Counted from the stretch's first letter, positions 1 to 11,161 are shown. The stretch: DNA of 32,201 nt from Corallochytrium limacisporum Hawaii (GCA_002811645.1 PDIP01000083.1:1-32201), one strand, 5' to 3'. The notes: a model not told the origin generated them from the letters alone. A program made the numbers and translations.

Positions 1-255
1 AACCCTACTGCTCAACTTAAAAAACTCTATGGGATTGCGTGCTATGGGCACAACTGGGTGGCCAGCTTAGGGTCCATAGTTTCATAGTGAATGACTGAGA
101 TTTTATCCTCGCTTACTGAAACGGAGGAACGAATAGTGTCTTGCTCACATGGGAATCCTCAATACCACAATGATTGGAATCTTGTCTCTGCGGGGTATAA
201 ATTACTAAATTACATTTCAACACCGGCCCATTAGGCACTCCTGGAGCGCTGGACG

Positions 256-310
256 TAAGGGAGTTAATGAACACTAAGGGAATGTTGTTGACTAAGGGAA
301 TGTCGCTGAC
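256..310 (+). repeat. 18-nt tandem repeat spanning the start of the glycosyltransferase (ACTAAGGGAATG core)
   Basis: actaagggaatgttgttg (273-290) and actaagggaatgtcgctg (291-308), plus a degenerate taaggga copy at 256. Encodes TKGMLL/TKGMSL. Confidence 0.7.
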
Positions 311-1901
311 GCAGTCGGTGCTTGTGAAGCTGGGTGCTAGCTTATTGGTGATTCTACTGCTAGTATCCACTTTAATGGGAATATGGAACCGCTCAATTAT
401 TGAAGAATCTTACGACGAAACGGTTCCCGATACTGGACTCCTCACAGGTGACCCACCGAAATCATTGACGGGACCGCCTGACATTTCTAGCCTGCATGAT
501 GACCCTGGGTCAGAACAGGATTCGGCAAATGATCAAAAGTCAGCCGATGACAAGGGGCCTGCTAGTGATCAGGGGTCCGACGAGGACCAAGGTTTGACTG
601 ATGATCAGAAGACACCCGACAAGCAGGACCCATCCGCTGATCAGAGCCTGCCCAATGACTGCATGGTTGGCGATATTTACCTCGCCAGTGGGGACATACC
701 GATCCCCAAGCAAGAGGGAAACTCATACACAAATGTTGCAGACCCTGAAAACCGGTACCTTATATTCAGGAATTGGGGAGGTTTCGGTAATCAATTAATC
801 GCTCTGCTGAAAGCTATGGAGTATGCTCGCAAGTATAACCGTATCTTGATTATGCCTCCTATCTACTCAAGTCACATAACCAAGACGCATTACTTGAATT
901 GGGATTCTTCCAAAGTTGGTTTAGTAGTGAATCGCGAGGACTTGCGCAATAAGTGCTTGCCGTCCGCGCGAAACATATTCGTTCCTGCGAATTTTAGGCA
1001 GTACGTCTACTGGGAAGACGTGACTGAAGATCTTGGAATGTACGATGGTAAAACAACCTGTAACAATGCCATGCGTCTTGTGCCCCTGGACAGGTACGCA
1101 GAAGCTTATAAGTACCACAAAGTCCTGTGTGTGGAGCAGATATTCTACGCTGACATACCCTATGACTGGGGTGACCTGGACTTTGTTTGGGACGGACCGT
1201 TGGGTGAGTGCCCTATGGGTGAGCGACGTCAGGCCCTGCTGGCACAGGCGCGCAGGAAGCAAGACAACGATGGAACTACCGGTAATGACTATGCGCGGGC
1301 GCAATATGTCATCCCGGAGCAGAGCACCTGCGCCATACACTGGCGGGTGGGCGACTTTGAGACATACTGCAAGGGAGCCAAACTAGAGGGAGGTACCTGC
1401 TACCAATCACCCGGCGATCTGGCAAACCGCATCGTGCAGGAAGTTGGCCAAGGCAAGTGCACGGGTGGCATACACTTGCTGACCGTGGCCAGTTGCCACG
1501 AGAAGAGACTGCTGCTTAGTGAACTTGACCCAATGCTCAAGAGCGAGAACATTCACCTAACCATTCAGTTCCAGGAGACAGCGTCGACGGAGAAAGACTG
1601 TACTGCCAAGACTGATGGGACCAACTGGGAGAATATAGACGTTGAGCGTCTCTGTGTGAGCCCCGCAGTGCTGAACGCCAAGCCTCTGAGCAAGAATCAG
1701 GGCAAGACTTCCACCGAAACGGCCAGTGACGAAGATGCATGGTGCCCTGATGGCATCGATCACTCCTACGCTGAACTCTTCTTTGATCTCTGTCAGGGCA
1801 TCAACGCTGACTACATCTTCCACAATCAATATTCGACCATGTCCAGGTTGATGAAGAACATCCGTACGTGGGACACAGAGGACATGAACATGTTGCTATG
1901 A
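267..1901 (+). CDS. O-fucosyltransferase-like (GT-B, POFUT/O-FucT superfamily) type II membrane glycosyltransferase
   Basis: 544-aa ORF. N-terminal hydrophobic anchor (LGASLLVILLLVSTLMGIW) followed by an acidic stem. Motifs GGFGNQLIALLKAMEYARKYNRILIMP, AIHWRVGDF and C-terminal DLCQGINADYIFHNQYSTMS match O-FucT-family motifs. The true start may be ATG 282 or 300. Confidence 0.8.
   Translation: MNTKGMLLTKGMSLTQSVLVKLGASLLVILLLVSTLMGIWNRSIIEESYDETVPDTGLLTGDPPKSLTGPPDISSLHDDPGSEQDSANDQKSADDKGPASDQGSDEDQGLTDDQKTPDKQDPSADQSLPNDCMVGDIYLASGDIPIPKQEGNSYTNVADPENRYLIFRNWGGFGNQLIALLKAMEYARKYNRILIMPPIYSSHITKTHYLNWDSSKVGLVVNREDLRNKCLPSARNIFVPANFRQYVYWEDVTEDLGMYDGKTTCNNAMRLVPLDRYAEAYKYHKVLCVEQIFYADIPYDWGDLDFVWDGPLGECPMGERRQALLAQARRKQDNDGTTGNDYARAQYVIPEQSTCAIHWRVGDFETYCKGAKLEGGTCYQSPGDLANRIVQEVGQGKCTGGIHLLTVASCHEKRLLLSELDPMLKSENIHLTIQFQETASTEKDCTAKTDGTNWENIDVERLCVSPAVLNAKPLSKNQGKTSTETASDEDAWCPDGIDHSYAELFFDLCQGINADYIFHNQYSTMSRLMKNIRTWDTEDMNMLL
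496..660 (+). repeat. Degenerate hexapeptide (DQxxxD-like) repeat stem within the glycosyltransferase
   Basis: DQKSAD DKGPAS DQGSDE DQGLTD DQKTPD KQDPSA DQSLPN, with 18-nt periodicity. Confidence 0.7.
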
Positions 1902-3506
1902 TCGGGTACCAGGGTGGCAGATCCATTGCCTGCAAAAGCTCAGTACCTCGTTTTTCCCATAGTACATCATCTAACATGTTGATCAGAAACAATCCATAAA
2001 CAATGTATCATACTTCCATATTCAGGCATGACTAGATCACATGTCGAAGAGAGGAAGCTGAAGCTATCCGGACGAACTGCTCCAGCACCTTCCTTGTATC
2101 AAAATATCCTGCTAGATTACATTCTTTAATTCTGAAGCGAACTAAGAACATCCTGCATGTCTAAGGCCTCGCCCATTCTGCCCGGTCAGACTGACCCGCC
2201 ACTGCAGGACCAAACGCATCCACGGTAGGCGACAAGAATGGGAAATGTCAATGCAATAGAATGCCTTCAATTTTGTCTACGTCCAATAGATGAACCTGGT
2301 GACAACGTGCGCAACCCCCTGGATTCCTCTGTTGGAATGTCTTCCACTGACAACTTTGGTATGGTTGGTGTTAGATCGTTTCTCCACGGCTGGGCAAACG
2401 ACGAGGAGACTCACCCCAACCCCCACCCGCCAGAGGGCGACGTACCGGACGGGGAGTGTCAAAAAAGGACACAACTAGTTTGAGGGGGCAACGAGCCATT
2501 TCGGCTTGGCAACAGACGATGAAACAATTCTGGTTGTTTCTTTTCTGCTTTGCACTTCAGCCGGGATCTTGAAACCGTCCAGGGTGGCTATATTGCCACG
2601 CAGACGTGGGGAAACGTGTGTGGTATAGTCTGCCATAAGTTTTTGGCGAGGACATTTATGGGTCCGGCACAGTCACGACTGCACGAGCTGTTGTTGTGCA
2701 ATCGTACAGTCAGCTTTCAGTGTCATTTCTGGTTCCATACTGAAAGTACCAGCGTTCTAAAAAGTCTGAAACAGCTCCTGTATCAGGGTGCTGTCACAAT
2801 GCTCCGAAAAGTGCATGGACTGGGCACATGAGAGCACCTCGTTATGAAAGTTGCCATTGGTGAGTACCTCCTACTAACTCAAACCAACTAGTTGATATCA
2901 CAGAGACCACGAGTGCACAGAGGAGGGTCGTTGCCGGCACCAATCCCTACACTAATACTCCCGTGTACGAAATGGTGGCCACAAACTGTACTCCCCGACG
3001 TATTGGTTTCGACTGGCCGCACACACACGGAAGGACCTCGCCCTTCTTTCCCAATTTCGCCGACAATCGATCTGCGATAAGGAGAAGCAGAAATCTCGTG
3101 AGTATTAAATATACCCGACACCATCTGAAAACCCCCCCCCCAAAAGGAGTTTGTGATGGGAGAGCTCACGATCAAAATTCAGCGAAAGGAAAGACTATCG
3201 TAATATCCTGGGGGAACAATCTGGGATAGGTGCCGGTGTGATCCATACAATATACACTGCACGACCAGCCGCCGGGAATCTCATGCGTTCAGGAAATCGG
3301 AGGTCCGTGAGTAAGGGCACACACACCCTCTGTGTCTAATCATCGTACACAGTTTGTTGGAAACACGGTCACATGATGGTTCACTATCACATTCTAGTTG
3401 GGGGCTAGTTCATTGGTACATTAGGTATTTAGTTGAATGGGGTAACCTACAGTCACTTCCAGGATGAGAACATTGCTAGACTGTCAAATCATCCACTGAA
3501 CGCACC

Positions 3507-4475
3507 ATGTTGGCCAACAAGCTACCCGAACCAAGTACTTCGACGTCTGCGCTGTCAGAGCGCCGTGATGCTGCCTACAAAGAACTTCCCTGGACCGCAT
3601 TCTTTGTTAGCTGGATTAAGGCCATTGAGGACCCTATTCATAAGATTTTCTTCAAAGGCAATGACATGCAGGAAGAACAGAACCGGGTATGCGGCGGTCA
3701 TCGTCACATCTAGCCCGTCCATAGGGTTCATTTCTTCGACAGAATTGTTCGTGACAGTGTAAGGGCACAGAATGGATTGGATAAGACAGGTTTCATGCCG
3801 GCCACTCAAGTCATCACCTTGGGATCCGGATTGGATACGCGATCAATTCGCATGGCAGAAATTGAAACTCCTAATGGTATGAAAGTCAGACCACGCTTCT
3901 TTGAAGTGGACCGGGAAGCCATTCTAGAGTACAAGAAGATGTGCTATGACATCGAGGGGTATAACTATGAAAACGATGTAATCATTTCCGGCGACTACGT
4001 TGATGACTTCGATGGTGTTTTCAGCAGGTTTGAAGAGCGCGGGCTGAAACGGGATAAACCTACGACCATCGTTTGGGAAGGTAACGTCATGTACTTGTCC
4101 CCAGCTGATGTTCACCAAACCATCGTAAAAATTTGCAAATTCTTCAAGAGCACTAATGTTTACTTTGCTGTTGATATCATGCCCACTACTTGGGCCGACG
4201 AGAGAGTTGCAGGCGTCATAAAGCATGAGCTTGGACTCTTACACCTCCTCTATGAGTTGCGCCGTTTGGGCTACCCGATCTATAACGGATATGACGATGT
4301 CGAAGGAGAGATGGTAAAGCCAGCAAACGGTATGCTACCGGCAGCAGATGTGAAAGGTACCCTTGTTTATGTGAGCAACGAACCATGTAAGCAGTACGCA
4401 GATCCGCAGGACTACCCCGATGTCTCCGAAGACTGCCTGCAGTACCGTATGATTAACTTCATCTACCAGCCCTAA
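3507..4475 (+). CDS. Class I SAM-dependent methyltransferase, LCM (leucine carboxyl methyltransferase-like) family, interrupted by one in-frame TAG at 3711-3713
   Basis: ORFs 3507-3713 and 3777-4475 are in the same frame, and 3714-3776 is open. The joined protein has the full LCM motif order: WTAFFVSWIKAIEDP ... RVHFFDRIV ... QVITLGSGLDTR ... FFEVDR ... PTTIVWEGNVMYLS. Whether it is functional (micro-intron or recoding) or a pseudogene is unresolved. Confidence 0.8.
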
Positions 4476-4589
4476 AGGTGTAGGATATTGTGTCCATCAG
4501 CCAATCTTGCGCCCTATCATGTATTTGCATGCCATCGTAACGAAATAGAATCATTTGATTTGCCATGATTTCGAAAGTTGGGAAACTGC

Positions 4590-5429
4590 TCAGCCGGAGA
4601 CAAACGATTTGATCCGCGGAATCACCTGTTGGGGGTGACTGCGAAGGAACCAATGGTTCGCATCAATCACATACACATCTCCAAGTTGTCGCATTTCCTT
4701 GTCCGACGCATCGTTATTCCAGTGGTTGTCACCTACTGTACCGCGGAAGTACAAGAACTTCGTGCCATTTTCTTTCAGAGGCAGGACATCAGAAGCAGCC
4801 CATTTAATCGGCACCATGCTCTTAGGCAGCAAAGAAGTGATGCCCAGGCCAAAGCCTACCAGATGGAAATAGTAGTAGTTCTCGAGTCCAACTTGGTATC
4901 GGGGACCGTCACTTTGAAATGGGGTATGGCCAATGAATAGATTACTAAGAGGTCGGCCAATAAATGGCAGATGGCTCAGTAAGTAGGTGAAACCGTAGTA
5001 TACCTGATACCACCGTCCAATACCCATTTGAATGCCGTCTTCCCAGAAGTTAATGGGAACTAGTTTCAGAGGGATGCTCATAGTGACTACCTTATCAAAT
5101 TCCAGCTGGGTTGGGACCTCTTTCTTTTGCTCCTTCAGTTTGGCGAGGTGGCGCAGCAGTTGGTTTACCATGACTGCTCCCCAGTCGTGCGCAACGATTA
5201 TTCTCTCTGCTTCAACACCAGCATATGTATCAAACAGTTCCAGCATGTTGTTGTAATTGTCTTTTACAGATAGTCCAGTTCGTGTGTTCATGACCACACA
5301 ATTGACATTGGGATCTTTGCTAAGCTCAGCAATGAGATCCTTAAAGAAAATCGGGCCATTTGGGAAGCCGTGGAAAAGAAAGACCAGTTTTCTGGTGTTG
5401 TTTCTGGTAGACCGAGTGACCGGCGCCAT
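4590..5429 (-). CDS. Alpha/beta hydrolase, epoxide hydrolase-like
   Basis: 279 aa. Oxyanion motif HGFP, nucleophile AHDWGA (Asp), lid tyrosine-like motifs RWYQ and LENYYY, and C-terminal catalytic His in DANHWF. Confidence 0.85.
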   Translation of the reverse strand: MAPVTRSTRNNTRKLVFLFHGFPNGPIFFKDLIAELSKDPNVNCVVMNTRTGLSVKDNYNNMLELFDTYAGVEAERIIVAHDWGAVMVNQLLRHLAKLKEQKKEVPTQLEFDKVVTMSIPLKLVPINFWEDGIQMGIGRWYQVYYGFTYLLSHLPFIGRPLSNLFIGHTPFQSDGPRYQVGLENYYYFHLVGFGLGITSLLPKSMVPIKWAASDVLPLKENGTKFLYFRGTVGDNHWNNDASDKEMRQLGDVYVIDANHWFLRSHPQQVIPRIKSFVSG

Positions 5430-6072
5430 CTTGTTTCCTGCTCTTCCGAATCTCCTAAAACTAATATCACGGTTTGAAAATCATAGGCCAGATTGGTGTT
5501 GTTGACTGGCCTCTATAGGTTGAAAATACCATTTGGTTCCCAGTCTGTGAATGGTATGCTAGGCAAGCCGTCCGCATCCGAAGAGTTCCCCTTCCTGGGC
5601 TATGACGTGAAAAGCTGGGAGAAGTTAGTTGGAAAGGGGAAAAGGAGAGAAGGTGGAGGGCCTTCTTGGCCTATTCTAGGGGAGTTGGGCAAGGTAAAGA
5701 CCGCTCCTGTGAAGGAGAATTTAGCAACAAATTCGATAGCAGTTTATTTGGATAGAAAATAGATCTGTGTAGAGAAGGCGGGTGGCCAAAAGGGGGGGGG
5801 GGCAGCCACAGGCATGATGCGATGAACCTGCGTTAATTGCAGTGTTGAGTTGTGCGACTGGCCGCAAAGGTCTAAGCATGAAGAAGGCCTGGTCTTTGGC
5901 CTGTGGTTGTTTTCCGTTTTCCAAGTGTTTTTTTGGGGGGGGGGGGGCGTATTGTGCGGCGTCTGGAACATACATGTAAAAGGCTAAGCTTTCTTTATGG
6001 AGAAATAATGACAAAATTGGAATGCTTATTGCACTCAAGAATATGGATTAAAACAAGAAACAGAACAAACGT

Positions 6073-7416
6073 TTACTGTTCACCAGGGGGGTGGTAAGAC
6101 TGGTCCACATCGGGGGGGTACGTGCTCCAGGCGTTGAGGATGCTACGCTCGCCCATGAAGTAGTTGCGGGAATGACCCATCTGGCGGTTGTCAACCATGA
6201 CGATGTCGCCTTCGTGATGCTTCTCAGTGACACCATACTTCCACAGAGCGGCGCGGACCTCAACCATGTCCTCCCATGGGATTTGCTCGCCGTTGCCGTA
6301 GAAGCAATCAATGCCAACGTCGTCGTTGTAGATCCACCGGTGGATTTCATTGACGACGGCAGCAATGTGAGAGGCAATGGCGGGGTACCAGGCCTCCTCG
6401 CGAGCAGCAGACTGGGCCAGCTCCAGAGTGTGCACAGTCTCGTGGTAGGCGGGACAGTGGTTGTAGAAGATTGTGCGGCCGGTGACAGGATGGACAGTGG
6501 TACCAGAGTAGATGTCGTGCAGAATCAGAGTGTTGCCATCCCAGTGGGGGTTGAGACCTTCGGACACAGCCAAGCGGAAAGCCTCGTCCTTGTCCTCGGT
6601 GTTGAAAAGATCCTGCCAAGTCTTGTACATAAGGAAGTCCCGGCTAGGCTCATCCCTGTGCTTGTACTTGCGCTGGGTCTTGATACCCCACTGCTTGAAC
6701 TTTTCCTTAACTTCCGGCTTCATGTTATCCCAGACCTCAGCCATATCGAACAGAGGGGTCTCACCGCCAACCGTGGTAACACGGCGAGCATAGAAGAACA
6801 CATTCTTGGGGCTAGTGTCCAGAAGGAAAGCCATTTCAGAGTGGGGTCCAATCATAGCGTAGCCCGGGAATTCACTGGCGGTCCAGACGTACTCAGTGTC
6901 GTCAATGCGGGGGCGGTTGGCCAAACCCAAGTAGGTGGCGTTCAACCAAGGGTCAAAGGTGCTGATGACAGTCTCGAAGTCTTTAGGCTTAGGGACATCA
7001 AAGTCACGGAAGCGGATGACACCATGCTTGGTCAGGGCATTCTGGAACTCGTCGTGGTGCTCCTTAATGTAATTGGCAAGGAACTCAGCGTCCTGACCCG
7101 GGGTCTTGGGGGTGACGTGCAGAGGGAAGCCACGAAGGGGATCCATCATTTCAACGTGGATAAGGTCGCTTTCCAGAGCGTCAATGGCCGAGGTGTCGCG
7201 AGCGCGCTGGGTAGGCTGTCGCAGGCTCTGGCTGTAGTCGAAAATGTACTTTCCAGTGGGCACGATCCAGCTGGGCTTCACAATCTGCAGAAGGAATGCA
7301 AGGACAAAGATGGGAAGAGCGAGCATGCGAACCAAGGACTGGCTCTTCTCGGGAGCAGAGCCCTTCGCGCTCTTGGTCGCCGACTTGGTCACCGAAGCTG
7401 CTGTTGTTGCCACCAT
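6073..7416 (-). CDS. TauD/TfdA-family (SyrP-like) Fe(II)/2-oxoglutarate dioxygenase with N-terminal membrane anchor
   Basis: HGVIRFRDF, metal motif HSE (IGPHSEMAF), VFFY...GGETPLFD, HPVTGRTIFYNH and GDIVMVDNRQMGHSR. Hydrophobic segment LVRMLALPIFVLAFLLQIV. Start placed at ATG 7416 (acaATGG context); upstream ATG 7500 is possible. Confidence 0.9.
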   Translation of the reverse strand: MVATTAASVTKSATKSAKGSAPEKSQSLVRMLALPIFVLAFLLQIVKPSWIVPTGKYIFDYSQSLRQPTQRARDTSAIDALESDLIHVEMMDPLRGFPLHVTPKTPGQDAEFLANYIKEHHDEFQNALTKHGVIRFRDFDVPKPKDFETVISTFDPWLNATYLGLANRPRIDDTEYVWTASEFPGYAMIGPHSEMAFLLDTSPKNVFFYARRVTTVGGETPLFDMAEVWDNMKPEVKEKFKQWGIKTQRKYKHRDEPSRDFLMYKTWQDLFNTEDKDEAFRLAVSEGLNPHWDGNTLILHDIYSGTTVHPVTGRTIFYNHCPAYHETVHTLELAQSAAREEAWYPAIASHIAAVVNEIHRWIYNDDVGIDCFYGNGEQIPWEDMVEVRAALWKYGVTEKHHEGDIVMVDNRQMGHSRNYFMGERSILNAWSTYPPDVDQSYHPPGEQ

Positions 7417-10400
7417 TGTGTTTTTGTTGTCAAACCTCGTATGAGTACAATTTATTGAGATTGGCAAAATCTCCTTGGAAGATGAGACCTCGGATCCCAT
7501 TAAATACCTCTGTGGGACGTGTTGAGTGACACGTCGATCCGTCCACCAGGTCGAAGTTTTGTATTTACATGTAGATCCGAAAATGATCGTTCACTTGTCT
7601 TTGCCGGGCACACTACACCGCGGTTCAAGCCGTCAAAGGAAAAATGCAGAAGTATGTGAGCCCATGGACGGGGGGAAGGACCGACCTCACAGTCGCCGCG
7701 TACACAGTGACTGCATCCCCTCATTCCTCCCCCCTCTCCTGCCCTAGCTTGCGGAATTCTGATTCTCTCCGTGCCTCATGCGTATAGTGTGGCTACTGCG
7801 GGGCCCGGATTGAAACCAGTACTAGTAGGAAACGGTCGATAGTCCTTGACATTTTTTTTCTCCTTGGCTTCAACAGGAAAACTCTGAACCAACAATGAAT
7901 CCGCACAAAGGCTTGTTGCTGCGACTTCGGGATAAACTGAAACCAATAAGCCAGAAAGTTTTCAGAGTTTCGTTCGTCCAATAAACAATCGCTCCCGAAT
8001 GTGGCAGTGTGGCAGTAATGGAGAGAAAATCGGGAGGGGAAGAATTCGAAGAAGAGGAGTGACAGGGAACCCGCGGGCGGCGGCGGAGGGGGGGGGGGAA
8101 GAAAGGGATGAGTATTGACCTTCGGGTGCCTCGCGGAGGACGGTTGTGCAACTGGACCGCCACACCCACCTAGTTCCCCTCGCAGAGGGTTGGAAGCAAT
8201 GGTATCTTAGGGATGCGCAGGTCGCCATACTAAAAGAATTGAAGACTAGAGCAATGTGTGGCATGGACTCACTGCCAGCTATAAACAACCCCAATGGGTA
8301 GTGATCACTGCAGAGATTCTCGCCCAAGGTTTATTTAATCGGGGGATGCACTGTTCAAACACTTTCCGTTTGGATTCAGTCCACTCTTCTTATGACCCCG
8401 GACATACAGTCCAATGCGGAACCCAGATAATGTGCACGGGTCGCAAGAAATCTGACATCTTTGGCAGTTATCGTTACGGCTTCAGCAGGGTAAGTGCTCG
8501 GATCGATTTGGCTTCTCGGTCCTCTTTCGTCGGAACTTGAGACGAGATAGTTTTCATAGCGTATGCACATAAGAAAACACGAAACACCTCACAATATACA
8601 CCTCACACATCACCGTTGCCTCAGTCAGCAGACCTCCAGTGTACATCGCACCACAACCATACACCCACACACAACCAACACACAACCGCCCAACAACCCA
8701 TTGGTTTGACGACAAACCCACTGCTTTGTCATCCATATGTTGGACACTTACACATACCCCACGCCCACCTTTGTGGACACCAAACACCGCTGCCGTGCTG
8801 TGCTGTGCTGAGGTAAACTTCCATCAGGGGCTCATTTCTTGACTACCTATCACCCGTCGGCATCTGCGTTGTGATTATCCATTCATGGCCCAAACTGGGT
8901 GGTTCCGAATCTTTCGCCCACAATTTCTGTGTGTTTGTGGTAGACGTTTTGTGACCGCCCTCCTTCGATGATGACCAGTCGAGTGTGGGTGTATCTCCAT
9001 TGCGTGCGGTGCCGAGTTGTCTCCACACAATTGTCACATCTGATCTACCAACCCACTTGGTGGTTTTGCCTCTCAACATTGGTGTCTGTGGTTGGTTGTC
9101 GACGGGTGATGAGGTGGTGACAGGTTCCGAAGGCAAGCGGCTTGTCACCGAGGGAAGAGAGAAAGAAACGAAAACCTGGAATATGTGAGTGTTTAAGTAC
9201 TGGATTAGCACCGGCTCCCAAACCAGCAGATACCCTTTTTTTCAGCGGAGAAATTGACGGAAGATTGTACAAACACCAACGGAGGGGGAAAAATTTTTTT
9301 CTGTGTGCTTTGGTCATCATTAACCTGTGATTGTTTCTTGCCAGACACTGAAAAACGATCCTGCTTTCCCATGCGGGGCTAAATGTACTTTCTAGCGGAA
9401 TCCAGTCAAAAGCAAGCTTGGTGCTCAATGTATTAAAAAATCTTTCCCGATTCCAATGGGCCGATCACTGTTACAGACACTCTCTTTGGTCAGTGTGCGG
9501 ACCAACCTGTGGTCTCAGTACTGAATAGCACCACTCTTCTGCTGAGCCTGGCCCGAGTCAGGAAACTCTGAGACAATGGTGAGCGCTGTCATCACACGCG
9601 CTTCCACTGGAGCCCCAAGCTCATTCACTCGGACTGTGTGGAGTGCGGGTGGTGGGTGGGTAGTCCTTGAATGGAGACCTGTAGGTATGACCTACGAGGA
9701 TGCGGATTGGGGGAGGAAGAAAGGGGGTTCACTGGTGGGTGTACTCGCGTCTTTGGCATGCCGAAAATTGGTGCAATTGCTGGTGGTCCCCCCCCCACCA
9801 GCAGTATTAATGCCGATGTGGTGCCTTCTATGCTGCCACTGGATTCCATTGAGCACAATGCGTGTTCAAGCTGTGCTAAAAGGGTTGCTAAAAGTCCACC
9901 ACCACCATCCTCTGCAGCAGACCAAGGCCTTTCTTGCTGTTCACTAGGGAAAGCATTCCGGGAACCCGTCTGGCAAAAAAAAATACTCGTCTCTGGGAGG
10001 ATACCTTTACTAATAGTTGTACCACTCCAACGTGGACCAAACCATTGCTGCTCACCACTAATGGGCCTTCTTCCAGTATGCCAGTTATTGCATGTAATTC
10101 TTCTCCCTTGTCAAAGTGTTCAGCAATGTGCTCCGTAATGCGCGCAGTCTGATGTGATACTCTCTTCTCGCGAGACACAATCGCTGCAAGGGTCGACGTG
10201 TCACTTTTCCTGGACATATCTCTCTCAACGACATAATCTATCACACGGCCCAAACCAAAAAGAAAAAACAAAAACCAAACATCTCTTGTTCGTACACGCA
10301 TGCATAGTATCATTTATCAATCCCTCGGATCTGGAAGATTAACACTGTTGAGGACAAGAAAGGTAGTGCATGCGAGCAGCACTGATGGGTATGGCTGGCT

Positions 10401-11048
10401 GTGCTACCCCACGCCGGCACAACATTATGGCCAGCCGTAGGGTACCCGGTGTGCGCATCTGACGCGCCAGTTTTGTGTGAAGGGCGCAGCAGTGTTTTCT
10501 TATGAGGAATTTACATGTGTTTCTCCCAAAGCGTGATTGAGCGGTCTTCTTCCAACCCGTTCAGTATAGCCGCTGTCGTCACTTGCTAGGTACCATATGT
10601 CTCTTTGGAGGTAATGAATATGTGAACCATGCAGACGAGGGCACGGCAGCGTGTCAACGACATACTTGAGCTATAGGTGTGTCCAAATGTTTTGAATCTT
10701 TATTGTCCTTACTGTACAAGAAACCGCGGTTCCGGAAATTTCAGTCAGAGCCCAGTGTCTTAGGGATTCGGTATTGGGAGAAAGGCGGTGGTCGACCTGC
10801 CGCAAGATCCGGTGGAGTCAACAAGGCCGGGCCGCGGAGTAGCGCTGTGTGAAGGCGGAGGAATTAGAAGAATTGGTGTGGCGCCGGGAATCGAATAGGA
10901 AGCGTTGGCAGGAAGAACCCACCGGGCCAGGCGGAAATCTGTAATCAGAGGTGCTGGTAGGGAGGGGGACCCTGGTCCCGGGGCTGGTTGACATCAGACG
11001 GGCTCCAACTTATATTGACGGCCGCCCTTTGGCGAGGGGCTTACCGCC

Positions 11049-11161
11049 TCAGACGGCATCCCTACGAGAATAGGCAGCGGCAGTGTTGTCGCCGTCACCA
11101 TGGTCTATTTTCTCAATGTAGCCTATGGATTGACCACGTCTGGGGCATTCCGACGAGAAGA
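11049..11161 (-). pseudogene. Decayed 3' continuation of the secreted precursor (second and third SRR-xA units)
   Basis: Past the TGA the frame reads SSRRNAPDVVNP. After a 1-nt shift it reads IGYIEKIDHGDGDNTAAAYSRRDAV*. The DNA ggtgacgacgacaacgcttctgcttgatcttctcgtcggaatgcc aligns with ggtgacggcgacaacactgccgctgcctattctcgtagggatgcc 89 nt further on. Confidence 0.55.

Noticed and set aside
2238-2483. 81-aa ORF starting MGNVNAIEC (myristoylation-like)
   Set aside because: Short, no domain, and no convincing splice continuation.
3711-3713. Genome-wide TAG reassignment (Gln or pyrrolysine)
   Set aside because: The DUF2855, MDR and kinase genes terminate at TAG at plausible C-termini, and no other gene has internal TAGs.
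6091-7458. 455-aa plus-strand ORF antisense to the dioxygenase
   Set aside because: Shadow ORF caused by codon bias of the real gene. It is nearly coextensive with that gene, has no motifs and lacks a true ATG start.
9778-9803. Hairpin tgctggtgg-tcccc...-ccaccagca
   Set aside because: Single 9-bp stem with no U-tract or second copy; not interpretable in a eukaryotic context.
10874-10900. Minus-strand TTCGATTCCCGG...CACCA resembling a tRNA T-arm and 3' end
   Set aside because: The T-stem does not pair and no D-arm or anticodon arm can be folded.
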